From IMG/VR virus record IMGVR_UViG_3300024261_002043, positions 32,001-96,000 of that record: a stretch of DNA of 64,000 bases; one strand, written 5' to 3'. A program made the position numbers and the translations under genes. The stretch is from a virus. The notes under the pieces are model-generated. The model saw nothing but the letters and a program-made list of their open reading frames with translations, made no database searches and was not told the origin of the DNA. Shown here one piece after another: positions 40,343 through 49,965 of the stretch. Numbering within the stretch: the first letter of the stretch is position 1; each line of letters starts with the position of its first letter.

Positions 40343-41114
40343 TGTGTTTATAACCTTTTTCCTTAGTCTGCCATTCCCATATTAATTTTTCCCTGTCACC
40401 TGTAACGATACCTGATGCTTTAAACATATTATAGTACCAGTCTGCAAGTAATACAGGCACCCTAGCGTCATAATCATCACTCTTCTTTTGAGTGTAATCA
40501 ACCAAGACTTCTGACAGATTCGCGAATGTAAAATGTGGAAAAGCCCTAAACCATAAATGTAGATCTTCTGCTAAAGGAAATAAGCGCTCATACCCACCTA
40601 AGACGTTGATCAGTGATCTTGAAAAAACGACAGAAGGATGGCAGATTTGATTTTGACCATACAAAAAGCCTTTCTTAATACCAGCATCTTCTAGCTGGTA
40701 TTTTACTGCTTTTCCGAATGTCCCTAATTCTTGAATATTCGAATCTTCGTCTAATAATCTTATTTGAGTACCCACTATATCGACATTCGGATTCTCTTTA
40801 AGAAAAGACATTTGTTTTTGTAGCTTCTCAGAATACCAAAAATCATCTCCATCTTGTCTAGCAATCCAATCACCAGTACAGCGGCGTAAACCAGTATTTA
40901 AGGCAGGTACGATGCCAGGATCTTTACACTCGACTATTTTTAGCTCAAAGCAATTAGAGAATTTTTTTGCTATGTCTATTGTTCTATCTGTGCAATTATT
41001 ATCTACAAGTATCACTTCAAAGTCTTTATACGTCTGGTCTGCTACTGATTGTAACGCTCTCTCAATCGTGGATTCGCAATTATAGGCGGGTATAATAACT
41101 GATACTTCTTTCAT
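40335..41114 (-). CDS. Glycosyltransferase family 2
   Basis: VSVIIPAYN, VDNNCTD, ARQDGDD, HPSV, AEDLHLW. Confidence 0.93.
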   Translation of the reverse strand: MKEVSVIIPAYNCESTIERALQSVADQTYKDFEVILVDNNCTDRTIDIAKKFSNCFELKIVECKDPGIVPALNTGLRRCTGDWIARQDGDDFWYSEKLQKQMSFLKENPNVDIVGTQIRLLDEDSNIQELGTFGKAVKYQLEDAGIKKGFLYGQNQICHPSVVFSRSLINVLGGYERLFPLAEDLHLWFRAFPHFTFANLSEVLVDYTQKKSDDYDARVPVLLADWYYNMFKASGIVTGDREKLIWEWQTKEKGYKHSG

Positions 41115-41115
41115 A

Positions 41116-43050
41116 CTAGCTTTCATCCTGCAATTTAATAAACTCTTCTGGGTGTGATCTTTCTATCGACATATGAGGTGTAGGCTTTGTAAAGTCTATT
41201 TTTTCATGAAAAATCCAGCCGCCCATTTCGCTGGCCAGCTTTTCTGACAATTCATCTATATCATTGTCAGTTACATCGCTCCATGCTTTGTCAAACATCA
41301 CATTGTTCTCCGCAGTATCCTCAGAGTCGTGCCTGTACTGACTCTTCCAAAATGATGCCCAATGCATCTTATATTGCTTTATTTTTTTAGAGATATCGTA
41401 CCAAGAATAATGATGTACACCTGGTATTGATGATATTACATGCTCAAACCAGTTTTCATACATAGTTAAAGCTTCACGATTACCAGCTAATGCAGCTACT
41501 CTTACATTATGGACTTCTTCATTATAGAACCCAACGTGCGGTAACCTTTCCCCAGTTTCAGCATGAATATAATCACACGTGTCTGTACCAGGGGCAGCAT
41601 AAATATTACCTGCGTCATCGAATCTCCTAAGCTCTATAGGGATACCTTGTGTGATGTGAGGCTTATTTCTACTTAGTCTCCACTTCCATGGATTAACGTC
41701 AACCCTAACTTTCTCTTTCGATCCCCAATATTCTATTACTGGAAGCGATAAGATGTCTGTTACAACAGGAAATGACCTCATCATATGGATAACTTTTTCG
41801 TAGTCTTCTTCGTGAACAATTTCATCAGCATCCATTTGCCAGCAAAATTCATTAGTGCATAAACTTCTAGCAGTAGCTTTAAGCTTACCGTCTGTTTCAT
41901 ACGCAAATGAAGGATGATCATCAGATACTTCAACCTGTTTAATTACAAGGCGAGACTCGCTTCTTGACCATTCCGATAGTTGACTCCAGGTATCATCAGT
42001 TGACCCACCGTCTACAACAACAACTTCATCGCAAAATTGAAGCATCGATCTGACTGTTGCTTTCCAAGGATACTTCATCTTATTAGCATTTCTCAAAGTA
42101 GTATATCCACTTAAGGTAGGCTTATGTCCATGGATAGACTTAATCGCTCTCCAAAATCTTTCACGAGCAGCGTATAGATAAGAAACCATATCTATATGAC
42201 TTCCTGTAAACCATTCTTCATTTGCATGCTGTACATGCTCATTCAATATTAGCTCACAACCTAACGCCTTTGCTTCGATTACCATTCTTGGGCATGTGTC
42301 TCCTCCACGTGGCAAGTAAACTAAACCTTTTGACTTTGAAAGTTTTTCTAACAACTCGTTATATGGTACATTCCACACGACCTCATATTCTAAATTGTTG
42401 GTCTTACAATGTAGCTCTGCATCTTCAAAACCTTTAATCCAAGATTTTGACCCTAATACTATCCATTTAGTTCGTTCGTCTTTAGACACTGGGTTTTGCT
42501 GGTTTTCATTTACCATAGCAAAAAATGAATTATCAAATACGCTGCTTAATACGACTGAATCATTTTTTAGTAAGAATGGAAATCTGTCGGTATATCTTTT
42601 TTCTTGGTCTTCACTCATAAACCATAAGCTTTTAGATCCATGAAAAAAAGCTGACATCATCTTTCCGTGAATTTGATCATGGCAGTCACAAGGTACACCA
42701 GCTTCTGCTTTATGCTTTTCAATACTTCTGTACTGACAAAATTTATAGTCGTATTCCACAACTGAATAGCTTAAATTTCCGATGATTGTTGGAAACAGAT
42801 TAGGGTTCATAGCAGTTGCGTTTGTAAAGACCCAGTGTTTATCAGCAGCTGACTTAAGCATAGCTAACGACACGTCTTTGGAGTGTACTTTTTGTACAGT
42901 TATATCAACTGCGGACTGAAATAATGCCTCGGTAGTTAACTCAGCACCGCCAACGTAATCTTCTACAAAATAGTCTGCTACAAAAATTACGTCAGCTTCT
43001 ATATCAACTGTTTTTGCAGTTACTGTATTCTCAAATGGACTCTTAAGCAT
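41116..43050 (-). CDS. Two-domain glycosyltransferase (GT-B/GT4-like N-terminus + GT2 C-terminus)
   Basis: GGAELT and DTCPRMVIEAKALGC in the first half; VVVDGGSTDDT and QMDADE in the second half. Confidence 0.85.
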   Translation of the reverse strand: MLKSPFENTVTAKTVDIEADVIFVADYFVEDYVGGAELTTEALFQSAVDITVQKVHSKDVSLAMLKSAADKHWVFTNATAMNPNLFPTIIGNLSYSVVEYDYKFCQYRSIEKHKAEAGVPCDCHDQIHGKMMSAFFHGSKSLWFMSEDQEKRYTDRFPFLLKNDSVVLSSVFDNSFFAMVNENQQNPVSKDERTKWIVLGSKSWIKGFEDAELHCKTNNLEYEVVWNVPYNELLEKLSKSKGLVYLPRGGDTCPRMVIEAKALGCELILNEHVQHANEEWFTGSHIDMVSYLYAARERFWRAIKSIHGHKPTLSGYTTLRNANKMKYPWKATVRSMLQFCDEVVVVDGGSTDDTWSQLSEWSRSESRLVIKQVEVSDDHPSFAYETDGKLKATARSLCTNEFCWQMDADEIVHEEDYEKVIHMMRSFPVVTDILSLPVIEYWGSKEKVRVDVNPWKWRLSRNKPHITQGIPIELRRFDDAGNIYAAPGTDTCDYIHAETGERLPHVGFYNEEVHNVRVAALAGNREALTMYENWFEHVISSIPGVHHYSWYDISKKIKQYKMHWASFWKSQYRHDSEDTAENNVMFDKAWSDVTDNDIDELSEKLASEMGGWIFHEKIDFTKPTPHMSIERSHPEEFIKLQDES

Positions 43051-43157
43051 CTTTTACCTCACCTGGAGTATAGTAAGATGTACGCTGAGAATGTATACGG
43101 CTAGTTTTTTTACTTATTTTCGTGTACAAGCAGAATCATGACAGCTATTATATACTG

Positions 43158-43212
43158 TAACTGAATAACTGAATAACTGAATAACTGAATAACTGAATAA
43201 CTGAATAACTGA
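43158..43212. repeat. Tandem octamer repeat (TAACTGAA) x6 plus a partial 7th copy
   Basis: Read directly from the sequence; degenerate copies continue on both sides. Confidence 0.95.
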
Positions 43213-43275
43213 TAAACTGTTTAACTAATAACTACTAATCTAGATCTTAATACTAATTTAAATACTACTGTATAT

Positions 43276-43303
43276 TAGAATATATAGAATAGAATATATA
43301 GAA
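43276..43303. repeat. Tandem 14-mer TAGAATATATAGAA x2
   Basis: Read directly from the sequence, in the same AT-rich intergenic region. Confidence 0.9.
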
Positions 43304-43346
43304 CACTAAAACTAATCAGCAAAGACATAGCTTGAGATCTATAATG

Positions 43347-46300
43347 CTATTCAGCTTCTAGAATCTCTATTCTTTGCTTTATTTCTTTAAGAGCGTTAAT
43401 TATGTATACACTAAGGGCATGATATGAAACACCTCGAAGCTTATCTGCTGGTAGGTCCCTACCAGTTACTAATTCAGGTATGACTGACTCAACTTCATCT
43501 GCTATTAGCCCAGGACTAAAGTGTGTACGATCATCAGGCTGATTAATATCTCTATACAGTCTAGGTATTAATTGGCAGATCTCGTCTAGTGAATTATTAA
43601 GGTCTTGAATGTCTTTCTTTCCTCGTCGATCAGACGTCCATCTTCTAATTTCACCATTGACATTTCCAACGGCAAGGTAATCATAAGCCCCGGCATCTGA
43701 AGTAGTTCTATCTCGCATCCAGTCAGATCTTACCGTTGAAGTTGAGCCAGAAAGAACCATCGCAACATCCGGGCTTACACCAGTTGAGGTTGAGGATTTA
43801 ACAGCAAAGTTAAGTTGCCCCTGAGCGTAGTTACCGCGGTCTACATAGATTAAACCAGCCCCAGTATTTCCGGCTGATGTACCAAATCCGATTCCTGCAG
43901 CTGAATGACTATCAAACGAGGTGTTTTGAAAGAACATATCAAAATATTCCGGCTTACCCCATGCACTTGCTCCCACCGTCTCACTAGGTAATGTTGCTAT
44001 CTGATCGTTTAGATAAAATGAAGTATTACCACCGGCGGCGCCGGCATCAACAAACTTAAAAGCCACAGATCCAGTCATGCCTAAAGAGCCAATTTCTAAA
44101 CGATCTACTGACACCGAGGTACCGGGTGTAGTTGTTCTTAATAATAAATTAGCACCGCTCTTTTTGACGCCCCCAGTTGTATCCCACGTTTCTGCGGTGA
44201 TGGCTTTGATTTGGGCGCCTGTATATACATCCCCTCCGGCAGCGTTAGTGGTTCCTCTAAAGTCCAGATTTGAAAGCTCGTCGCCACTGGACAAGTTACC
44301 GTCAGTAGGATTTCGTAAGAGCACTAATCTTGCTGGCGACGCCGCGACTGTACTAGTATGCGCAATTTGTGCATTTGGGCTTAAACTGTTCTTTACACTA
44401 AGTTTGTTATCTATATTTCCAGCACCGTCAAAGCTAAGAACAGTATTACCACCAGAGTCCTTTATATCGTCCCCGTTAATTCGTATATCGTTAGTGACCG
44501 TTAGCTCGTTTCCAACAGTTAGATTACCAACAGCTTCTATAGTTGAATCAGTCGGTGTTGCATTAGGGACAATAATAAGGTGGTCAACAGGTGTACCTTT
44601 AGAATTGATATCATTCCCGATAGTAAAATTTTGGTCTGGATGCCGCGACGTTAATATCCAACTATCACCAGCATCATCACTTTTATCTGCAGATAATGTT
44701 AATGTTGCATTTGCATCGTTGGTAGGTTGAACAACAATTAATGATCCTGAAACTGCCAGTTGCCCGGCTATATCAACATTCTTTGTTTGGTTTGGTATAG
44801 ACAGCACTTCTTCATTTAGCGTATTCCTAAGAGTGACATCGTTAGTTGTTCCGTCACCAGTTATAATGCAGCCGTCCACAGCGCTGTAGCCTATAGCAGC
44901 TACGTCAGAAGCGCTAGTATCTCCTCCTACTTGTACTTTACCTGTGAAAGAAGAATATAAAGCAGAGATCACTACAGCTATAGACTTGCTCGCAGCGCCG
45001 GTAGGGGTTACACCAAGTCGAATATTTGTCCCCTCTGCACTGCCGTGTGTCCAGGTTTCTGCCGCGTACGCTTCGACATGTGCTGTATTTGAATATACTA
45101 CGCCGCTATCTTTACCACCAAAGGAATATCGACCTATACCATCTCCGGATGCTACATTGACCTTGGAATGAAACACTCCAATTTCCATAGGGTCGGTCTC
45201 TGATGCTTCATTTCTTAAGTAGAACTGGTTTATATCTGTCCCGGTGATGCTGTGATGAGTTGTATTATAAGATAGATCAGTACCATCAGAAAAGCTTATC
45301 TTATTACCGCTGATTGATAGCTCGTTTCCAACAGTTACGTCACCAGCAAAAACTGCGCCAGGCTCAACCGATGATCCGTCATCACTAAGAGTTAATGCCG
45401 AACGAAATGCATTTACACTAGCTCCAGATGCAGCACCTCTTCTGGCAACTTGAAAAGTTAGTGAGCCACCAACTCCATCGCCTGTACTTTGTCCTGCGCC
45501 TACCGTTAAGCTTTTTCCTGCTTGATCAGTCCCTGCAATTGCGTCAATAGTTATTGAAGAGTTGGTTGTGTTGGTTAACTCTACGTTTCCTTTTAAGCGC
45601 GTCGACCCAGTAACATGAAGTCCTGATCTTGCTGCTACAACCTGCTCGAATCTTGTTTGGACAAAAGCGCTTTCCCCACCCCCTCCGCCTGGAAACAGAG
45701 TAACATGTTTATTACCAGAACTTACATCATTATCGTATAAGCCTCCAGCAACGAAAAAATGTCCAGCAGTACCAACCTGTCCGCCGCCTGTGCTATTCAT
45801 TAACAAAGAATACGGAGAGACAGCAGCTGCTGTGAACTGAATATTTTCACCTGCAGAAACCTCTAAAGCCTCTTCTGCTGTTATAAGCAAATCTCCGTCA
45901 GTACCACCGACACCCGATTCTCTTTGTATAAATGATGAAGCGTTGCCAAAGTATAGGGTCGAGGTTCCGGTTGGAGACGCAACATTCTCACCAATCATAA
46001 CGGCTTTACTAGCACCTTGTACATGCAGATCAACCGCAGGAGATGAAAGCTCTGCATCTCCGCCGATACCGACTGCACCATTCTTCATATGCATAGTGTT
46101 AAAGTAATCCACACCAGCAGCTTTAGTTCCAAACCGTACTCTCCTATCTGAAGCACCACCTTCCCAAATAATCGATGCCATATTAGAGTCATCTGTACCA
46201 AGGTTAACGTAAGCGTTTGTATTGACAACGCTAAACCTTGTGTTCGTAGCATCGTCTGTCAAAGATAAGTCACCACCAATAGCAAACGTAGTGTTAGGTG

Positions 46301-46415
46301 CGCTTGACATACCGATACCAATCTTAGGTCCTACTGCGTCACGCGATGCGGTGACGAATAAATGGTCACCTGTGCTAGACCTTAATTCCAAAGATCCTGT
46401 TGTGTAAATCGACAT
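43347..46415 (-). CDS. Tail fibre/spike protein with C-terminal intramolecular chaperone (peptidase S74)
   Basis: Fibre-type repeats (KIGIG, GAVGIG); C-terminal TSDRRGKKDI...GLIADEV...YHAL..ALKEIKQRIE. Confidence 0.88.
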   Translation of the reverse strand: MSIYTTGSLELRSSTGDHLFVTASRDAVGPKIGIGMSSAPNTTFAIGGDLSLTDDATNTRFSVVNTNAYVNLGTDDSNMASIIWEGGASDRRVRFGTKAAGVDYFNTMHMKNGAVGIGGDAELSSPAVDLHVQGASKAVMIGENVASPTGTSTLYFGNASSFIQRESGVGGTDGDLLITAEEALEVSAGENIQFTAAAVSPYSLLMNSTGGGQVGTAGHFFVAGGLYDNDVSSGNKHVTLFPGGGGGESAFVQTRFEQVVAARSGLHVTGSTRLKGNVELTNTTNSSITIDAIAGTDQAGKSLTVGAGQSTGDGVGGSLTFQVARRGAASGASVNAFRSALTLSDDGSSVEPGAVFAGDVTVGNELSISGNKISFSDGTDLSYNTTHHSITGTDINQFYLRNEASETDPMEIGVFHSKVNVASGDGIGRYSFGGKDSGVVYSNTAHVEAYAAETWTHGSAEGTNIRLGVTPTGAASKSIAVVISALYSSFTGKVQVGGDTSASDVAAIGYSAVDGCIITGDGTTNDVTLRNTLNEEVLSIPNQTKNVDIAGQLAVSGSLIVVQPTNDANATLTLSADKSDDAGDSWILTSRHPDQNFTIGNDINSKGTPVDHLIIVPNATPTDSTIEAVGNLTVGNELTVTNDIRINGDDIKDSGGNTVLSFDGAGNIDNKLSVKNSLSPNAQIAHTSTVAASPARLVLLRNPTDGNLSSGDELSNLDFRGTTNAAGGDVYTGAQIKAITAETWDTTGGVKKSGANLLLRTTTPGTSVSVDRLEIGSLGMTGSVAFKFVDAGAAGGNTSFYLNDQIATLPSETVGASAWGKPEYFDMFFQNTSFDSHSAAGIGFGTSAGNTGAGLIYVDRGNYAQGQLNFAVKSSTSTGVSPDVAMVLSGSTSTVRSDWMRDRTTSDAGAYDYLAVGNVNGEIRRWTSDRRGKKDIQDLNNSLDEICQLIPRLYRDINQPDDRTHFSPGLIADEVESVIPELVTGRDLPADKLRGVSYHALSVYIINALKEIKQRIEILEAE

Positions 46416-49400
46416 TATTCTATATCCTCCAGCGGAGTAAGTCCCATTTTGTATTTTTTGCCTGTTAAATTATTAACCACCACCAACATATCGGGTTCCT
46501 CATATATCGTCCAGTTGCCGCGCTCATTCTTGAGGTGTAAGTCTCCAGTGTATACGTTCGCCCATCTGTGATCTGGTGACCCAAGACTGTAAGTACTATT
46601 AGCTCCAGGAAGCATGCTTCCCGTCATTGCTAAATGACCAGTACCGCCTCCAGCTTCTAATATGATTACACCATTAGATTCAGCATTCTTTAATTTCAGT
46701 TTCTCAACTGAATCTTCTAAAAATCCATGGATCGTTCTGTTGGTGCTCTTTAACGCGATGGTATTGTTACTGTCCATTTGCAGAGTACCATACGCAGTCA
46801 TATATTTTGTACTAGAGATATCTAAAGCTGTTTGACCACCGGACCCAACCTTAAATGACATACCGACATTTTTTGCGCTGATGTCTACTCTTGTGGATCC
46901 TGGATCTACTAACTCTATACTACCTGTAACTGCTAGCGCTGTCGCTCCTGTTCCGGATGAAGCTCCAACCTGCAGTGGTATTGAATTAGCGGTACCAGGA
47001 GGAGTTAGGGTATAGGGGTTTTGAATTCTCAGTGCGCCAGATACCACCATATCTCCACCGAATACTGCGACCCCTCTTTCTACTGTTCCTATTCCTAAGT
47101 CTTCTCTACTATCTATTGCTCCGCTTACGAAGAAGAAGACATCCTTACCAATTTGGTTTGTTCGTCTAGCTACATAGCCGTCTGTCTTACGATCATGGTC
47201 AAACGAAAAAGATCCTGTCGAAGCGATATATGATAGATAGGGAACACTACCATCTTGATGTGTAACAGCGAATACATCTGAATTGTCTGTTACGCTTAGC
47301 GCCGCTAGCTGTGTTAATGTATATGGTGAGCTTGGTGATGCAGTATCAGAAAACTCTAAGTGGTTACCAGATGTCCTTCTAATTTGTACATCAGAATCTC
47401 TAAATCTTAAATAGGGTTCATTGGCAGTAGCACTACTTAGTGTAAGATTTGCTATGTCTAGAGCTGTGACAGAAAATGTACCTTCCAACGCCGTATTACC
47501 AGAAACAACAAGATCACCGGAGACAAGTGTAACACCTCTAGTATTTGAATCTTTAGTCCCAACCGTACCGCTTAATATTGTACGTACGTCTCTGTGCCTA
47601 TTAGCAGTAAACAGACCGGGTAGCTCAGAAAGCGCTGAGCCTACGCTAATGTAACCTTCTCGAATTCCGGTGCCATTAAATTGGTCACTTGCTGATAAGA
47701 CAAGCACTGGACCGCCTACCAGCTCTTCAGAAGAAGCGCTTAATATAAGTCCTGATTCTTCACCAACGTGAGTCGCACCAATGTTAACACCTCTTGACCC
47801 CGTAACACATAATCCTTCTGAATCATTCGCTGAGAATATGTAATGCGCGCTCGTCTGGAATCTAACCTTGGCGTTAGTCCCAGTATCACCGATGACTAAT
47901 ACACCACCAGCATCAGCATGTTGAAGTCTTAACTGATCGGAGAAAGACTTGATCTGCTGTGTCTTTGATCCCCCTTGTCCGTCGAAGTATAGTGCTGTGT
48001 CATCTGCTATTTCAACTCCCCGCACTCCGGACGCGTTGGGAGTTAGGAATATAGATCCATCGTCATTCTGGATTTTTAGTTCAGTTGCACCGGAATTTAT
48101 AGAGGCAGTTACGAATGTATTTGTAAATCCGCTACCGGTTCTGTTTTTGAATATGAGTCCGGCTGCTTGAATATTTACAGGTTGAGCAGCGTCTATACTT
48201 GTAATCGCGCCGTCTTGGACATCCATGTACCCTGCTCTAAATGCTCCAGGAGCCGCAGTACCTTCCGCAGTACCAAAAACAAGCGCGTTATTATTGATAG
48301 TAGAACCTGATGCGATTGCGATACCACCCTTGGTGCTATTAGTCGTCGACCCGGAAGCTAAAATAATTAAGGCATCTTTGACTCTAAGATTTTCGGTACC
48401 AATAGTTGTTACTGAGCCTGATACATTCAAGTCACCAACGACAGTTAGGTTCTTATCAAAAGTTGCATTACCTGAACCGCTAAGGTGTAAAGCTAGGACG
48501 CCATCAGCGCCCTTTATATCTTGACCGTTTATCTGTATGTCACCAGCAATAATAGTTGGAAGAACAGAGCCTCCAAGCGTGATCGCTGTATTACCGTCTG
48601 AACCCTTTATATCACTTCCCATGACTGTAAGATCACCTGCGATCAGTACATTATCATCGGTGTCCATAGTAATTGTGCTGCCGCCATCTGAAGCTTTTAT
48701 TATGTTACCGGCTACTGTAAGGTTTCCAGTCGTTGTAACATCACCACCAGCGCCTAATGTTATATTCGTACCAGCTGAACCTTTAATGTCATTACCAGTA
48801 ACTGTAAGATCACCAGAAACTGAGACATCACCTGAAGCACCTAAAGTTAAGTTAGTGCCAGCTGAGCCTTTTATATCATTTCCGACAACAGTTAGATCAG
48901 CTGCCAAGGAAACATTCTGGTCGACATCCATCGAAATAGTGATCTCACCTTCACTATTCTTTATATCATTACCATTTATTTGAAGGTCACCACCGATAGT
49001 AAAGTCACCCGGCACGGTGAATATAGATAACGGAGATAAGCTAAAGTTACCAGACACATGAACATCACCATCAAATAATGCTAACCCTCTATCATTTGAG
49101 TCCTTAACTCCCCTTGAGCCTGATACATGAAAGAAGACATCCTTATGTGTAGTTGGAAATTGCGTAGCGTATGCGTATACACCGGCGACGCCTTGTACCA
49201 TATTAAAAGATATAGTACCGTCTCTATTAGCTGAGGGATTACTGGTTGTCGGGTCGACGAGTATTCTGGCATATCCAGTCGTATAATCCTCTGGCGTGGT
49301 TTTTATTCCACCGATTACTTTATTAAACGCCTTAAAGTCACCCGGGACGGCGTCATCTACTTCTATTACAGACCGTTCAGACCATAGTGTACCACTGACT

Positions 49401-49660
49401 ACGACGTCACCCCCGAACAGTACAGTACTACCGTCGGCTCTGTTCCAGGCCTCAACAGCAGAATTCGCAGCGCCATCGAAGTACAGCCATACATCGTTAC
49501 CAACCTTTGTCGTATCAAGGCCTGTAGTTAAGCCATCATAGTTCGCGGCTTTTGAACCACTGTAAAACATGAGGTTCAAATTCTTCTTACCAGGGACCAC
49601 TGATCCGGTACCAATAATAGCTCTTGTTCTTACTCTATCTGATCTAAAATCTTTTGCCAT
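46415..49660 (-). CDS. Tail fibre protein with tandem and dispersed repeats
   Basis: Six GDL(T/Q)(V/I).G.DIK repeats; C-terminal YSLGSPDHRWANVYTGDLHL..RGNWTI.E..NNLTGKKYK fibre end. Confidence 0.8.
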   Translation of the reverse strand: MAKDFRSDRVRTRAIIGTGSVVPGKKNLNLMFYSGSKAANYDGLTTGLDTTKVGNDVWLYFDGAANSAVEAWNRADGSTVLFGGDVVVSGTLWSERSVIEVDDAVPGDFKAFNKVIGGIKTTPEDYTTGYARILVDPTTSNPSANRDGTISFNMVQGVAGVYAYATQFPTTHKDVFFHVSGSRGVKDSNDRGLALFDGDVHVSGNFSLSPLSIFTVPGDFTIGGDLQINGNDIKNSEGEITISMDVDQNVSLAADLTVVGNDIKGSAGTNLTLGASGDVSVSGDLTVTGNDIKGSAGTNITLGAGGDVTTTGNLTVAGNIIKASDGGSTITMDTDDNVLIAGDLTVMGSDIKGSDGNTAITLGGSVLPTIIAGDIQINGQDIKGADGVLALHLSGSGNATFDKNLTVVGDLNVSGSVTTIGTENLRVKDALIILASGSTTNSTKGGIAIASGSTINNNALVFGTAEGTAAPGAFRAGYMDVQDGAITSIDAAQPVNIQAAGLIFKNRTGSGFTNTFVTASINSGATELKIQNDDGSIFLTPNASGVRGVEIADDTALYFDGQGGSKTQQIKSFSDQLRLQHADAGGVLVIGDTGTNAKVRFQTSAHYIFSANDSEGLCVTGSRGVNIGATHVGEESGLILSASSEELVGGPVLVLSASDQFNGTGIREGYISVGSALSELPGLFTANRHRDVRTILSGTVGTKDSNTRGVTLVSGDLVVSGNTALEGTFSVTALDIANLTLSSATANEPYLRFRDSDVQIRRTSGNHLEFSDTASPSSPYTLTQLAALSVTDNSDVFAVTHQDGSVPYLSYIASTGSFSFDHDRKTDGYVARRTNQIGKDVFFFVSGAIDSREDLGIGTVERGVAVFGGDMVVSGALRIQNPYTLTPPGTANSIPLQVGASSGTGATALAVTGSIELVDPGSTRVDISAKNVGMSFKVGSGGQTALDISSTKYMTAYGTLQMDSNNTIALKSTNRTIHGFLEDSVEKLKLKNAESNGVIILEAGGGTGHLAMTGSMLPGANSTYSLGSPDHRWANVYTGDLHLKNERGNWTIYEEPDMLVVVNNLTGKKYKMGLTPLEDIE

Positions 49661-49692
49661 TTTTTAATCAAGCTCCAATTGGTTACAGCTAC

Positions 49693-49965
49693 TTACGCTT
49701 CTTTGTAAGGCTTAAGCGCAATAACTTTCCAAAAAATATTCAAAGCCGGTTGGTCCACGCCAACGCTTCTTTCTACTCTAAATTTCCACACACCGCCACT
49801 ATAACTAATATGCTCTACGTAGACTTTTTCACTTCCATCCGCTGCTATTGTGATAACAGGTGTAAAACTGCTGTCAGTTATTCCTGTTGATCCGGATGCT
49901 TTTGCGTCGCCGGCGTCTATAACAAGAGTCCCATTTGCTAATATAGCTTGGCGTCCAGTAATCAT
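49693..49965 (-). CDS. Small beta-rich virion/fibre-associated protein
   Basis: Upstream of the fibre genes; ATGA overlap with the upstream gene. Confidence 0.6.
   Translation of the reverse strand: MITGRQAILANGTLVIDAGDAKASGSTGITDSSFTPVITIAADGSEKVYVEHISYSGGVWKFRVERSVGVDQPALNIFWKVIALKPYKEA

Noticed and set aside
25737-43050. Bacterial chromosomal O-antigen/capsule locus
   Set aside because: It is flanked by and co-oriented with baseplate, late sigma and tail-fibre genes, and lacks flippase, polymerase and initiating transferase genes
43158-43212. Repeat array as a CRISPR array
   Set aside because: The 8-bp units are contiguous with no spacers
43347-49660. Diversity-generating retroelement or invertible fibre cassette
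   Set aside because: No reverse transcriptase, template-repeat copy or invertase is seen in the window
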